NCBI GenBank assembly: GCA_003344405.1
Contig: NOWV01000110.1
Location: forward strand, 124,001-188,000
Length of the DNA stretch: 64,000 nt
DNA from: Trichoplax sp. H2
Taxonomy: Eukaryota
Direction: 5' to 3'
Part shown: positions 1 through 14,613 of the stretch, one piece after another
Layout: every line of letters begins with the position of its first letter
Position numbering within the stretch: the first letter of the stretch is position 1
The notes under the pieces: generated by a model
The model's input: the letters and a program-made list of their open reading frames with translations, nothing else
What the model was told of the DNA's origin: nothing
Database searches by the model: none
Made by a program: the position numbers and the translations under genes

Positions 1-119
1 CACTCCTATAAACGGCCAGAAACTCAAATATACATAACAGTATACTCGTATAATTACTATAGGGTATAAGTAAAAAATCCTGTTGCTTCGCCGATAGTAT
101 GCCTGCTTTTTACGTTTGC

Positions 120-360
120 AAATATCGAATCGACAAGCCTGAAATACTCTGGCGTCTATCGCAACATCTTAGCCAAGAATGGCTACAAATGCCCAAAAAA
201 ATTAAACGCATTTCTGTCATAAAGGCCATTCAAAATGAAGTATCTTGTCAACACCATGTATTTGTGGTTACCTTTAGTTCGTCTTTTGCAAAATTAGAAT
301 GTCGACTTAACTGATCAAAGACTGCTGCTACGGTACAAGGAATAGTTCAAGGTAGGATCA
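120..360 (+). pseudogene. Possible decayed death-fold-domain coding remnant
   Basis: EILWRLSQHLSQEWLQMPKKI...IKAIQNE loosely fits death-domain helices 1-3 (L..ia..Lg.dW..la......I..I..E), with TMYLW in a shifted frame and stops downstream. Weak, by eye only. Confidence 0.25.
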
Positions 361-1949
361 ATCATTGTGTGCCGCAAGATTTTGTCCAAAATTTGCAAGC
401 TATACTCCCTGCGGGTAAAAATGCTTTAAGAATAGGAAGGCTAATTTGCAATATTTCTTACTAACAGTGAATCGCACCAACTACTGCGTTGGCATGCATC
501 TAATGCCGTCTAAATCAACATTGATCGCTAAACTAGGCGTTTTCTTTGCACAAAAGGCTTGAATATTTATAGATTTATACGTACAGTAAAATGATTTTAA
601 GCTAAAGTAGAAAACAAAGATGTAAGGTATCACTGAGACTACATTCATGATACAGCGAATAAATTTTTTTAACTGCGAGAAGGGTTTTAATTTCTAGTTT
701 CCTACTGCAAACATGAAATATATTTTTAGTCTTGCAATGACTCCAATGGCGCCATCATAAGCCTTGATCAAGGATTGCAGCAGTATGACTGATGGCCAAA
801 CCCAATAATTATTTAATACAATTATTGCAATGAATCTCACATCATTCGATATCAGCTTACAGCTAGAATAAATGGTCGGTAAAAGGAAATATATAACGGT
901 TGATGACCTCCTTGTTGTAAATGGCCAAGTTCAGAAAAGATCATAGTACAGAAGAACTTTGTTTTAATGTTGTACCACGTATCAATTATGAAAACAGCTT
1001 TCCAATCGTAGCTTACGACGAGTAGCTCCAATGATCAGCGACAGGACATATTGTCTCCCACATTAAAAGACATTCAGAAATATTTCTTACACTATCGCCT
1101 AGGACTTGCATCACTAGCAATGCTATTATATAAAGTATCCAACTAATATTTTAATTTTAGGAGATCAATTGATCTCTCTTGATACATAGATGACAAATAT
1201 TTTCCTTGTATTACATTGACTTTAAAAGTATTAGCATCAACTAAAGTAATGGCGATAGTAGCATTTTTCTGGGATGAATCAACTTTATCGGATACCCTAT
1301 TAATTGATATTGATATTGCTATACCATCTATACTTTTCACATAAACCGAAATCTATATATTAAGCCGAAGAAAAATCGCATGATCAAGGCCTCCACTCTG
1401 TAATTAATTCGTAATATGCTATCTATAGTAGCTTGTTTAATAAAGTTCAATAGAATTGATATCATGTACATATACATTACAATAGCTGCAATATTTTCAG
1501 TAGTAAATTTGTTCATAAAGAGTAAGACGACTTAATACTACTAAAAGATGAGGCAGATTCCAAGTAATTTATTTAATTATATGCAGTTGGTACTAAATGG
1601 AAAGTTCATAAACATATCATCCAACAGCTTATAATAGATGAAATGATTAATATGGCCATTAATATGAATATAGAAATATCTTGTAAAATAGTTAACACGA
1701 AGAACACTTTTAACGTACTCATTTTACATACATGTCGGCATGGCTATAAGATATTATATCTGTGTCATGATTTAAAATAAGTTAACCTAACAAATACTAT
1801 TATGTTTGTGTCGTAATTACAAATAAGTCAACTTAGCAAGTACATTATTTCCTTACAAACGAGTATGCGAGTATGTTAATAATTTCAACTTTTAGGTCAT
1901 TAATTTGCAGTGGTCTAGAATATTCCTGTATCAGGTATGTAGGCTTATT

Positions 1950-4695
1950 TTAGCTTTGTTTCTCTTTCTTTCTTATTGCATACCAATTAAATACAGAAAA
2001 GAAGATAATTATAAAGGATAACATTATTGCAGTATAGAAATAGAAAATATTTTCTTGCTTTAGTCGATCATTTTCCATTTCGAATGCTTTGTTGGACGAC
2101 TTTAAATCACTTTCACTATACTTCAACAACGAAGGAATGATTTCATTCCAAAACATCGTGGCTGCTGGTATAAAATTTTTCTGGACTTTCAACTCTTTCC
2201 CAACTAAGAGGTATTTTTTATCACTGTCGGTATAAGGAGTCCAACCATCAATATCGATTGGTTTTCTAATTATTGTAAAATATAATAAACATGTTTAACA
2301 TACTTCCAATATTGCTACATGGCACAACAGTATCATTCTTTATCACTGCCTAGATCTGTTATCGAAGTTGGAGTTTTATAGAGAAGCAATAAAGAATCAA
2401 AAATGGTGTTAGTGGTATCTTATTGTGGTTCCTAAAACATAAATTATGGTCAGTTAATGCTAAAATGGATTAATTTTAGCATTATTTATTGGATAGTGCA
2501 TGATTGAATTACAGCAAGGCCGAATTATGGTTGAGTAAATTATCAAGCCAAGTTAAAGTATGGATCAAGTTATACTAAATTTTAGTGAGTTCAATAGCTA
2601 GATTACTAATAAACTTACGCAACTTTGCGATTGTGATGATTTTGTGAATTTTAATTTCATACTGTTATCCATTTTTATGCTAAAATCGATACTATACGTG
2701 TATATGCAATCTCCTATAGCGCTGTAATTTAGACTACCCATTTGACCTTTAGACAGGGTTGTCTATATTTGCTTAATTAAGGTACTGATACAAAGCAATG
2801 TCGCTGGTTTTACCATCGTTATTCTATTCGATATTATCTCCTATATATTCACAAATGCATATATACTGTACATCTTGTATGCTATGCACATTAAAACTAG
2901 CCTTATCTTAAGCCAGCTTTATCCAGTCAAGCTGCCCATTTAAAAGAAGTTAGTAAAGGATAATGTATTGCTACGAAGAATGTTATAACATGTCGTCAAA
3001 GTGATGAATTATTCATAGCTTAAAACGAATAAATTACGACAATTAAAAATAGCTATTTACCACTTAATCGATGCCGAGACTGTTTAAACTATCAAACTAA
3101 CTCAAACATAGACTCCACGCAAAATATCACCAGATTGTCTATCGCATTTTAATGTTAAAATAATCGACATATTACCCATTCTTAGCTAAACTGCTCATCA
3201 TCTTCATCATATGCTTGCTCACTTCCACATCATCTTCTGTATAATTATCTTTAATATAATCGGGTTGATGCAATGGATAACCAAAGATATATGGCACTTC
3301 CATCTGATGAATAACTCCAGCATAATGTGGATAATATGCTGAACCAGCAGTAAATTGATCAAACAGAATCATGTACGAGGAATAATTATGCTCTCCTAAT
3401 TTACTGGCAAGTTCAGCAGCGGGTGCTTGAAAAAATCCTTGAGTTAACATTCGATCGAGTAGATGGCGATTTTGAATGAAATCATTTACTTCCACATTAC
3501 GAGTATATTCATGGGTGATTAGGGAGCGAATGGTCTCAGGATAGTCACTGTAGATATAGTGAATCATTTTATCCAGTACTTGTCGAGGGATACCATATTC
3601 CGAGCCCGGAAGCTCAGCGCTAAATACTGCACCATCATCTTTTACTGTACTTATAAGTATATTATTCATTGGGTTGATCAAACCTTGATCAAGTAGTAGT
3701 CTAGGATTATCAAGTATAAATTCAGAACCAACAACAGGTCGAAATGGAAATCTTGACGACTTCATGGCTTCTTCTTGCGCTATTAATAATTCATCATGAC
3801 TAAGTTGCTTTAAACACTCTACCGATTTTTCAACTGCATCTCTGCTGTTATTGCAAGATGTCTTTGAAAGAAACAAATCAAATTCCCCATCTAACTCTTC
3901 CCATCCTTGATGATATGCTTCTTTCATCATATTTGTGCCACTAAATAAAGCCACACTATGAAACAAACCTCGACTCTCCGGAGACATCATATGATATGTT
4001 ATAGAAAGGGATCCTGCAGAATGGCCACTTAGCACAATATTTTTCGCGTTACCACCAAAGTAGGCAATATTATTTTGTATCCATTTCAATGCTTGATTTT
4101 GATCCCACAAGCTCAAATTGGGTTCAATAATTACTTTATTAGCGGAGTTTCGAGTAGCAAGTAGCCCAAAAGACCCTAAACGATAATTTATCGTAACTAC
4201 AATCACATTCTCATGACTAGCTAACGTTTGTCCATGCCACCAAGCTCCATTACCATGCAACATGCTTCCACCGTGAATCCATACAATAACTGGTAGATTA
4301 TCCGATGCTACAAGTGTAGGTGTAAAAACATTAACATAAAGACAATCTTCGCTGAAATTATATTCCGGACCATTTGGATTTGTTCGATCATAAAATGAGG
4401 TTGGAGATCGATGTTGAGAACATGATGATTGGTAGTGGAAACACTGGCGTGTTTTTTTCCATTTCGATTTAATTGGCACAGCTCGTTGATAACGTCGTGA
4501 ACCGATCGGGGGTAGGGCATACGGAATCCCTAGAAAGCTATAAATTGTATTATTAAGAATAGCTTCTTTCTTGCCTTGGATAGGACCATTTGCGATATTG
4601 ATCGTGGCTGAATCATCGTTATTGGCAGATATCAATACAGCTATAGAGAGCAAACCGGCATTAATGATAATCAGATACCGTAAAACATAAGCCAT
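1950..4695 (-). CDS. Type-B carboxylesterase (cholinesterase/neuroligin-fold), type I membrane protein, copy 1; exons 4695-3176 and 2265-1950 (611 aa)
   Basis: Signal peptide; FLGIPYA, SEDCLYVN, WIHGGS (oxyanion hole), GHSAG (nucleophile Ser), STVKDDG (acid position) and GVIHQME (His). A phase-2 intron GG|GTAAT...TAG|A joins in frame to GKPIDIDGWTPY...FWNEIIPSL, followed by a hydrophobic helix (IFYFYTAIMLSFIIIFFSVFNWYAI) and a basic tail RKKEKQS. Confidence 0.92.
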
Positions 4696-4834
4696 ATCTT
4701 ATACCAAGAAGACGAAGCATCAATCTATCCTATCCAAAGCATTCGGGCAATAATCATTCGCAAGCCTGAAATTTGGGTTGTAAAATAAAATACAATATTA
4801 GTATACAGATATTGTACCCTTGCCAAGACTACTA

Positions 4835-5003
4835 GTGATACAATATCCGACAATTATCACAACCATTTTGCATAACACAGTACTTAATAGAATGCCATGG
4901 ATTGAATTTTTCGCCACAGTAGAATGGCTAGCGATACAATATCAAACAATTTTTCTAACCATTTTGCATGACAGAGAACTTAATAGAATTACTTGGATTT
5001 AAT
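4835..5003. repeat. Diverged ~93-bp direct duplication upstream of carboxylesterase copy 1
   Basis: CTAG.GATACAATATC..ACAATT...AACCATTTTGCAT.ACA.AG.ACTTAATAGAAT occurs twice. Confidence 0.75.
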
Positions 5004-8000
5004 TAATTTTTAATTTTTATATTAGAATGGTTTATGTACGATATAAGCACGTGCCCATATCATATAATAGCTTTTCTACTAGTTATGCTTTGTTTTTTGA
5101 TATTAGCATAATTGGACCATACTTTGAGATAAATGATTGAAAAGATTATATTTTAAGTCTAGGGTTAGTAATCTACGTGTAGTAAAACTTTTTTCTGATG
5201 AATATTAACGCTGCCTGCAGTAGCATAAGAACAATGAATGAGCAATGATGTCAATGTTTCGGTATGAATGAGACATGATTATATATTAATGAGATTGTTA
5301 AATTGGTATAAATATGATTATAGGTTGAGTCCAAAATTGGCTAAGCAATTATTATTTTACTTATAACTACAATTGTACACAATATGAATTTCTCTTCTAA
5401 TTATAATCATTTAGAAGTAGCTTCGATACTATCGGATATGAATAATTGTAATCATATTATCAAAGATGACAAAACACTGAATAGAATATATCCTCAAAAC
5501 CCTCTGAGGTTGCTAATGGGATTTAATTCATACAGTATTGGCGAAAGGCTACGAGTGGGTTTTGATGATAAATATTAACGTAGCTCATGCATAAACATAG
5601 ACTTTATACATACGATATTGCAACAATTGAGTGAATCAATGTTACATTATTGCTCTTCCTATTGTAAATAAAACATTTTATGCAGACATTTAGATTAGAC
5701 AAGATTAGTCAGAGTCAATGAGACATAAGTACCGTCTACATTGGCTTTGGGGACTAACTTGCTATATAGATTGATTCAAATTTCTTTTAAAAGTAAGTAG
5801 CAAATCTTTAGCTGCTACAAAAAATTTTGCCATTCTTATTGCATAGTAATAAAAAGAAATTGAAGCATATAAAATCCATGTAGCGAAATTATTGGCACAG
5901 ATGATTGATGTAATTCATTTTTTATACCTGTAACTTTTATATACTGCTGGCTTCGAAAATTTCTTAGTTTGAAATTATTCATGTATCAAACATGAATTTA
6001 ATTTACGATTAAGTTGGTGTTTGACTGATTTTCTGATGTGTTTCTGCGGTCAACAAAATTTCATGCTAGCATTTTATTTGTAAATATATCAAACACCAAC
6101 TTAATTTACAATTTAAGGTTCATATGGGCGACTTTCTGATAAAACAAAAAATTTGTAATCGATAAAATGTCCAGTTTAGATGCCAATTACTATAATAGCA
6201 CAAATTATGCCGTATCTTTAAAAGGAAATGTAAGTTTTTGCGTTATGCTGCTTGTCTAATTGATTTATGAGTCAATCGCAAATTTACGATTGATTAACTT
6301 AAGTTAATCCTGTGATTCACTTAAGTTTCGATAAATCATTAATATCAAACTTTATTTCTAATACCAATTAAAATTCTCTCCGCTTCCGAGAAATAGCAAA
6401 AGTATAATGCTCCATTCACTATCTTCTAACATCTATGAATCTCATGGAAGCATCATAATGTAATTTATTTAAAATATTACAAGTAAATGCAAAATTTGAG
6501 GTTTCTTTATCTCAAATCAATGGCTGTTAGTTCCTGTCCAACAAAAAACTGCCAAACTACGATTGAAAAATAGTTGTACATACAATTTAATGAACATGCT
6601 TTGCCATCCTAAAAGGAATAACTAACTAGCTGTTGTTACTGTATCAAGATTAAAATTTCTTAAAACGGTGAATTTATTCCTGTATAGTAATTATATTTCA
6701 TGCACTGAATAGACACAATTTATAATGCTAGTATAACAATTTATAATTCAATAGTGAATATTTCTATAATATAGGAAAGTACCGGTACGTAGTTGTGACA
6801 AATTTCCACTTCTTAACCAGTGATTTGAAAGTTTAATTTTATTCACAAGAGGATAATGATGTAGATTGCCTTTAGTTGGTCTATCAGGAGAACTGGAACC
6901 TAAACGGTATCGGCCAAGAAGGTGCTAATATGGTGAAGGTACTGGTATGAATAATCAGTTAACAACTACGATAGATCATGAATATTTATGCATGCATTAT
7001 TTACATAATGATTACCTTCGCCAGAGATCACTTCAAATAAGCTTTTACTTGTCGAAAAGCGCCACCCGCAGCGGTGGCATGTATCCAATATCATCTAAGT
7101 CTAGAGCATTGCAAGATTTGACATGACTCCTGGAGTTAGTATTGATGATGATAATGATTTAAGTCGGTGCACACAGTATTTACTAGTTGCAAATTTCTTG
7201 GCCTACAGCATGAAATTGCAACTATCGAATCTAAAATCTACAGATATTTATAGTTATTAAAACACTAATTTTTATGGCTAGAGAAATTTCCGGCTGCAGG
7301 AATAATATAGTCTAGAGATTTTAGTAAATATATTAATAACCTTGTTTCATACTTGCAGAACTATACATTTAAGAGCATCATGTGTGTTTGTGTAAATGTT
7401 CCAATCCTTGCTCTTTATAGCTTTATAAATATCATACAGTAAGAGTAATAATTCATTCCTGTGCCATAACCATGCAACTTAAAATAGAATGATTAGTACA
7501 CTATAGTTATCAAGAATCTGTAAATTGCAGAGTCTAATATCGAAATGATTCTGAATTGAGCGAAATTCACGCAAATAGTCAAAAATGTATAAACCACAGA
7601 ATTTGGTTCTGTATTACGTTTATTTATCAAACCCTATCTTTCGTAGCCGCCTTTATTGCATAAAGACGTACGCAGATTGTACGCTAAAAAGTAAACGAAG
7701 GATAGTTGTGATTCCACTTCGTATCATGAAAACTTTATGTTTTAAGAAAGGAATAAGAAACATACAATGATGTATCCGATTTGATCATTATACGTAATAC
7801 TGAAGAACAAGTAGCGATAATTATATATGCAAAAGAACCAAGTAAGCCCCAAAAAATACATTTAAAACGTTTAAATAAGTAAAGAGATGAAATTCTTAAA
7901 ATTTTGCTCTATGGTATCAGAATATGATCGCTAGACGAGAGCTAAGAACGTTTAAATGGTCATCTATGAAAATCACTGTCTAGAATATCAACGCTACTTT

Positions 8001-8576
8001 GCTAGTGATATGTAGGATAACTATTGAAAAGAATATTTAACATTTCGCGAGAGCTAGATAATAATAACAATGTGCTAACGATTATGACATCAAGTTCCCT
8101 ATGAATTTAGAATAAAAATTTTTGGATAAATGAAGTATTTGATAGTTGAATAAATGCTAAATAGAAGTACTAGTTATAAATTGAAAGTAATAACTTGATC
8201 ATCCATCAAGCCTTATTTCCTTCTTTAATAAATAGCCGATTAAATTTTTAGGCTATTGGTGATTAGTATTACCTTGATATAAATAAAAGTTCAAACAGGC
8301 ATCCAACACCTTCTTAACAAAGATTGCCAAGATTAAATATCAGCAGAATTTACTTCTAGAAGAGCTGAATGATAGCTCATCTAAATATCTGTGTTAGAAG
8401 TCCCCTCTTACTGCCTATATGGAGCACCAAGATCTAATTTTATGAAAGGCTTGATACAGTGTAAATTAAAATTTTTACTGAAATCTGTAACTACCTTTAT
8501 AGTCTGCCATCATTTAAGATAGCAATTAGGCTACCAAAAGGGTATCATCTTATTATTCTCGAAAGCCTACTAGCAA

Positions 8577-10995
8577 TTAATCTTGTTTGTTTTTGTCTTT
8601 GTTTAAATACTGAACTAACAAAATAATACTAAATGAAAATGCCAGTGATCCAACAGTAATGTAAAAATAGTTTCTATTTTCCTTTCGTAATTTATCATTT
8701 CCCAGTTGACATTTTATGAAAGACATTTGCGCGTCTGAATCACTTCGGTCTATAAGAGATGGAATCACTTTATTCCAAAATATAGTTGCTTGAGGGAGGT
8801 AATTCTTCTCAATTTTCAATGGATTTTTAATATGCAAGTAAGATTTGTTACTGGATGAATAAGGCTGCCAGTCTACATCAACTTCAGGTTTCCTAGATAC
8901 GTGGACATCACGAAATAAATTTAAAGCGAGAATTGAAATCTATGTACATTGATCATGACTGGATTATAAGCAAATTGCCAGGATACTGTACGACTCTATA
9001 AATTCTTATATAGCTTATCCATACAGTGGTTGTTATTAAATTTTACGTTCGAGAATCTATTAAATCATTTCATTTGTAAGACTAAAGCGATTTGTAAGTA
9101 ATGCTATGTAATTACAAAAATCTTATTTCATGCAAAATGAAATTATCAGAACATGCTACTTTTAAACCACATTCTCAATGCCTTAGATATTTCTAATTGA
9201 AATCAAGAAAGTAGCACTTAATAAATGAGAAGTAATACTTATTCGTCTTCAAAATGGGCCAGTCAATTGATTTAAAAGTAGGCACTATTTCTATGCATTA
9301 GCATTCATTTCCATGGAGTATTGTTGTATTCGCTACTTGGTAAATAAGTCTATCATGTTACCGTAAAGGAAAACTCTCTCATTTGTGTTTCTTTTCTTAA
9401 TTTACATTCATATCAAAACTAAAGTATTCCTTTAATCCTGTTAGACTACCAGACATAACTACTAAACATCATTAAAGCCATAATACTGACCCATTTCGAG
9501 CTAGACCACCAATTATTTTCATCATGTTGATGCTAACTTGCCGATCGTCTTCAGTATAATTATCTTTAACGTAATCTGGATGATGTAGTGGATAACCGTA
9601 AATGTAAGGTATCTCCATCTGATGTATAACTCCACTGTAGGATGGATAATAAGCTGATTGTTCTGTCTTTTGATCAAATATAAAGACGAAAGCAGGATAA
9701 CCTCGTTTAGCTAATTGAATTGCCAATTCATCAACAGGCGCTTGAAACAGTGCTTCTGTTAGAAATTGATCCACCATTTGTCGATTTTTAATCAAGTCAT
9801 TAGGAAGAGAGTAATCAGTGTAATGATGAACTATAAGGGACCGAATCTCGTCTGGATAACTATGATAGAATCCATAAACCATTTGATTTAATAGTACGCC
9901 TGGAAAACCTTGTTCGTAACCTGGTATAGTAGCGCTAAATACAGCACCATCGTTGGCAGTGGTACCAATGATAACGTTGACTGGGTTAAAGGAGCCTTGA
10001 GATATTAGAAGGGCTGGATCATCTGGTAGGAAGTAGGAATCAACAATTGGCCTAAAAGGATAAATAGCAGCCATAGATGCTTGATGCTGAGCAGTTAATA
10101 GATCTTCAGTGCTCAATTTTTGTAAACATTCAAGAGATTGTTGAGGAGTGAAATGGCTGTCATTGCATGAGGTCTTTGATCGAAAGAGGTCAAAAACACG
10201 ATTAGAATCGGACCATTTTGTATAATAGACGTCCTTTAACAAGCATGTACCTCCATATAAAGCGGCACTTCGAAATAAACCCCGACTTTGAGGCGATATC
10301 ATATGATAAGTGGCAGAAATAGAACCCGCAGAATGGCCTGCTATAACAACATTCGTTGGATCGCCTCCAAATGCAGCAATGTTATCGCGTACCCAAGTTA
10401 AAGCCAAATGCTGATCTAATAAGCCAATATTAGCATCAATAACTGTATTTCCGTCGGAATCTTGAACTGTTAGAAAGCCAAGTGAACCTAATCGGTAGTT
10501 AATACTGACTACCACTACATTCTCTTGAGATGCAAGTGTTTGACCATGCCACCAAGCCGCGTTGCCAACTCTCAAACTACCTCCATGGATCCAGAAAATA
10601 ACCGGCAATTTATCGGATGATTTTAATGAAGGTGTCATTATATTAAGGTATAGACAGTCTTCATTTAATTGCCAAGAAGGATCATTAGGATCCGTTCTCT
10701 CGAAAAATGCAGCCTCCAAGCGTTGCTGAGGACAAGACGCTTGAAATTGGATACTTTCTCGCGTTTTCTCCCATTTAGATTGAATTGGAACGGCTCGCTT
10801 GAAACGTCTTGCTCCGATCGGTGGTTCTGCATATGGAACTCCTAAAAACTGATAAATGGTCTTGCCTAAGACGACATCTTCCTTTCCACGGATTAAACCT
10901 TTATCGGTTTCAACAACGTTATTATCAGCTAGAACAGGTGTTAAAAGATAGGCTAGAAAGCAAGCTAGGATATTTGTCGCTAAAGATTTAGCCAT
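8577..10995 (-). CDS. Type-B carboxylesterase (cholinesterase/neuroligin-fold), type I membrane protein, copy 2; exons 10995-9491 and 8892-8577 (606 aa)
   Basis: Same motifs as copy 1 (NEDCLYLN, WIHGGS, GHSAG, GTTANDG, GVIHQMEIPYIYG). Same phase-2 intron position (GG|GTCAGT...TAG|G) and same exon-2 length (316 nt). C-terminal TM helix YFYITVGSLAFSFSIILLVQYL. Confidence 0.92.
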
Positions 10996-13900
10996 TACTT
11001 CGTTATTTAGCTAAGAATTGGTTGATTTCTTGGTTTCGACGCCTAGTGTGATAAATTAGCATACGGCCACAAGTTACATCCACGACTAGTTGCTGTGCTA
11101 ATTAAGGACAGATTTAAATAATTAGCAATTATAGAATAGAATTGTGTATCATCAGCGGTTAAGCTCACAGCATTGGAGCTGGTGTTTGAGCATCGTTGTT
11201 GCTATGCTAACTAATCTTGCCGACGCCCATCTTATAGCGACTAGGTAAATAATTTAGACCATTAGGCTTGCCGATACATTACTAGTTACTAGATACTAGT
11301 TATACCTTGTAGTCGTATTGATTTTACGGCACCTACGGCGTGTTTGTGATATATTATAGTGATATAGTAGTAAGAACTTCTCATGACTTATTCATATAAA
11401 GTATCGCAAACATGATATCGATTAGCCTATAAATATATATATATCATATACATAGATAAATATATATACAAATGACGTCAACATCATTTACAGTTCTAGT
11501 GTAGCCATTTAGCATCCCAAACAGTTCGTAAAGGTTTCTACTATTTACTGTCTCATACACTGTATTCTTAATATTGAAATAGCAAAGGATTTGAATGAGA
11601 GCATCTAGCCAAACCGGTTAACCTGTCAAATTGCTAAAACCGCAAAATCTGATTCGAGATGATATTCATCCGTAGTAATTTATTTTAAGCGGTCCTACCA
11701 TATGATCATGTATTGCTATCTTCATGTTTACTCTTATTTACGACAATACTAAAAATAGTTCATAATAACATCTAATAACGTCATCCACGAACAAGCTATA
11801 CCAGATTACATGGCTTACTATAGTATTATCACTGATCTTGCTTTGAATCAACGCTAAAGATTATAAAATATTATCATCTTCTTAAAAATTTTTCAAATAT
11901 TGTATACGTAGTTGTGTACGAAGTATTTCCTGAGAATTTGTCCTTCGTAATTAGGATGCTTTGTGATCAATACCGATAATTATAAATTTCGATTTACTTA
12001 AAAGTTGTCCCAAATATTGTAATTAGACATTTATTAATACTTAAGCTATTCCTGAGAATCTGTCATCGGAAAGGATATCGAAAAAGAATGCTTGAAGATA
12101 CGAACGCTGATAAATCTCTTTTTCACAATACGGTAGTATCATGCTATGTTTGAAATAACTATACTATGTATTACCCTAGATATTCAGGATGAGAAATATC
12201 AAATTATATAAATTTTCTGCCCTAAATTCCATATTTATAGTTTTATCTGTCTATGGATTTAATGCAGATAGGTGCTTCTGCTCAAGCCTAATCATAGACG
12301 AAAGGCAAATTGGTAATACTAAATTTGGTACAGAGCTTATTCATCGAAATGTGTAATAAAACTCTAAATAGTCCTATCCTATAACACTTGCCCTATATAT
12401 TCGTAGATAGTTTTCTTCAACCAATCTATTCCAACTGATATAATAATGCAATAACTACCAAATTTCAGTAACTCATTTTATTATCCTGCATTATGAAAAC
12501 GACAGATAATTATAAAATGCAGTCTCATTGCTATCCCACGTAAATTCTAACTAATTAAACCAATTAAGGCAACTGTCGTCAAAATATGGCCAAAAATTAG
12601 ACTTGTAAAATTTTGATATAAAAAACAATTACGCTATAAATATATGCACGTAATGGCACTAACTATAGCAAGGGAAATGTCTTAAAATGAACGATACCAT
12701 AATTTTTCCATAGGTAAAGTCATTGATTAGTGACTCTTGTATCCTATATGGCAGTATATTGTAGTAATAACTCAATAATTTTAAGGCTAACTGCCAAAAA
12801 ATAAGTGTAAACAATTAAAGTATGATCAGTAAGAGCCTAAAAGCAAAATTTTCTATCGCTAAGAGCTTTATTTGATTCGATATTTTTAGCTTAACAAGAT
12901 ACATTTATATGTCCAAATTATTTGAGCATATTATTTGGCCGTAGCAAAACCTAGATATGACAGACAACATTCGAGTTCGAAAAGCGGAGAACTGTAATAA
13001 TTATACCGCCAAAGATTGAATAATAAGACCAAGTTATTTTAAGATTTCAAATATAAGGCTATTATAAGGCCACAAACTGCTACATAGGAACGAATTAAGC
13101 CAGAGTTTACGATCAGGATACATGCTAAGATAGTACTCACTAATTAAGTATATAATGTAAATAATTATGTCTCTTTCATAAAGTAACTGTTAAGGATTGC
13201 GTCGACTTTTATTTATAAACAGGGTTGATAGCTGCTTATGAAATGTTAAATAAAGATTATAGTCTTAACTGTTTAAGTCAGAAAATAGTTTCTGCCAATT
13301 TTAATTAATCACTATACTTTAGAGCTCGTCCCAACTAGAGTAAAATGCTTAATATTAAAATAAATCTAGTGATCTTATTCCTGGTGATTTTCTAACACTT
13401 AAATGCTTGGCTACAATTGCCAATGCATTAAAAGAAATGAACTAAAAATGAAATCCTATTGTACCCTACCAACCATGGGTACAAGAACTGCTGGTAATAA
13501 GAAATTACCTTATTCGTATATTATTGTTAGTTGGTCAATGTTATTGATATTTATAAATAAACTCTATTACCCTTTAAAATTATCATCAATTGAGGCGTTA
13601 TGGTTATTCGAATGAGTGGTCTATAGTTATTTCAGTATGAAACCACAAATTATCAGTTACCTGTGAACAAAATTTATCGTTTTTATCATGAGATACACTA
13701 TGTCAAAATAAGATAATCTATTTGTTCAAATACTCTGCCTAATTCAAGTTAAGAAATAAATTGGCTGTCAGTTCGTATACTTCTTACAATAAGCTAACAT
13801 ATACAGAATGATATCAAATCACAACCGTAATAGAACGCTTATTTCTCTCAAAATATCAATTCTACAATAGTTTATCACGGTCTTTTTAAAATATCTTATT

Positions 13901-14613
13901 GCTTTCTATTCTTAAGACAAAAGTAGTGAAGACCCATGCAAGACTGGAAATTTGTAAGAAACAATTCATCCTTGTGTATCTCCCATTGAGCAAGCGATGA
14001 AGATTTTTTAAACTCTTAAGTGGTTGTTTCGTGTTAAATGGAGAAACTAAGAAAATTATTTGTATTTCATTTTAGTACCCAGTTTGCTACTGGCAATTTA
14101 TTTTTGCTGTATATAGCGATCAACAGTCAACTATTTGATTATTTATGACATAATACGGGCTATTTTAATGTAGATTATTTTTATAAAGCTGGTCTAATAT
14201 TTCAATAGATGCTTTCCAAGGCTATTTCAACTACTAATTCTTTACCTGGAAAGTATTCTAAAACATCAATACAGGGTGGAGTTTATTGACATTAGCAGAG
14301 CTTCGACACAATAGCGATCAGCCAATCCTATAGTAATTCTCTAATTTAGAACAACAAAAATATAACTTATGTTTTGCATGATAGTTTACGCCTAATACAT
14401 TATTTTCCACATTTCTGCGTAGGAGCCTGACTGCACTATAAGTTAATTAAAACGAGACAACGTAAAGTTATATATAAAAAAGGTTACTGCCTTTATTTCA
14501 TAGTGTGCCAAGCTATCCCTTCATCCAAGGTTTGCGACCTAAATTGTTGATTTGATAAAACGTATAGAAATTTCGAATAAGTTCTTCAACGCGTCGATCG
14601 TTATTTCCTTAAC

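Noticed and set aside
1143-1340. 65-aa minus-strand ORF
   Set aside because: No motif, no supported splice partners and no similarity to other genes in the window.
2455-2484. 12-bp stem hairpin in the esterase intron (also small hairpins near 7071-7088, 32514-32549 and 40883-40907)
   Set aside because: Short, with no supporting context; compatible with chance in 64 kb of AT-rich DNA.
3172-4695. Calling the esterases acetylcholinesterase or neuroligin
   Set aside because: The choline-binding Trp and GESAG are absent, so not AChE. The catalytic Ser is present and there is no PDZ tail, so not a canonical neuroligin.
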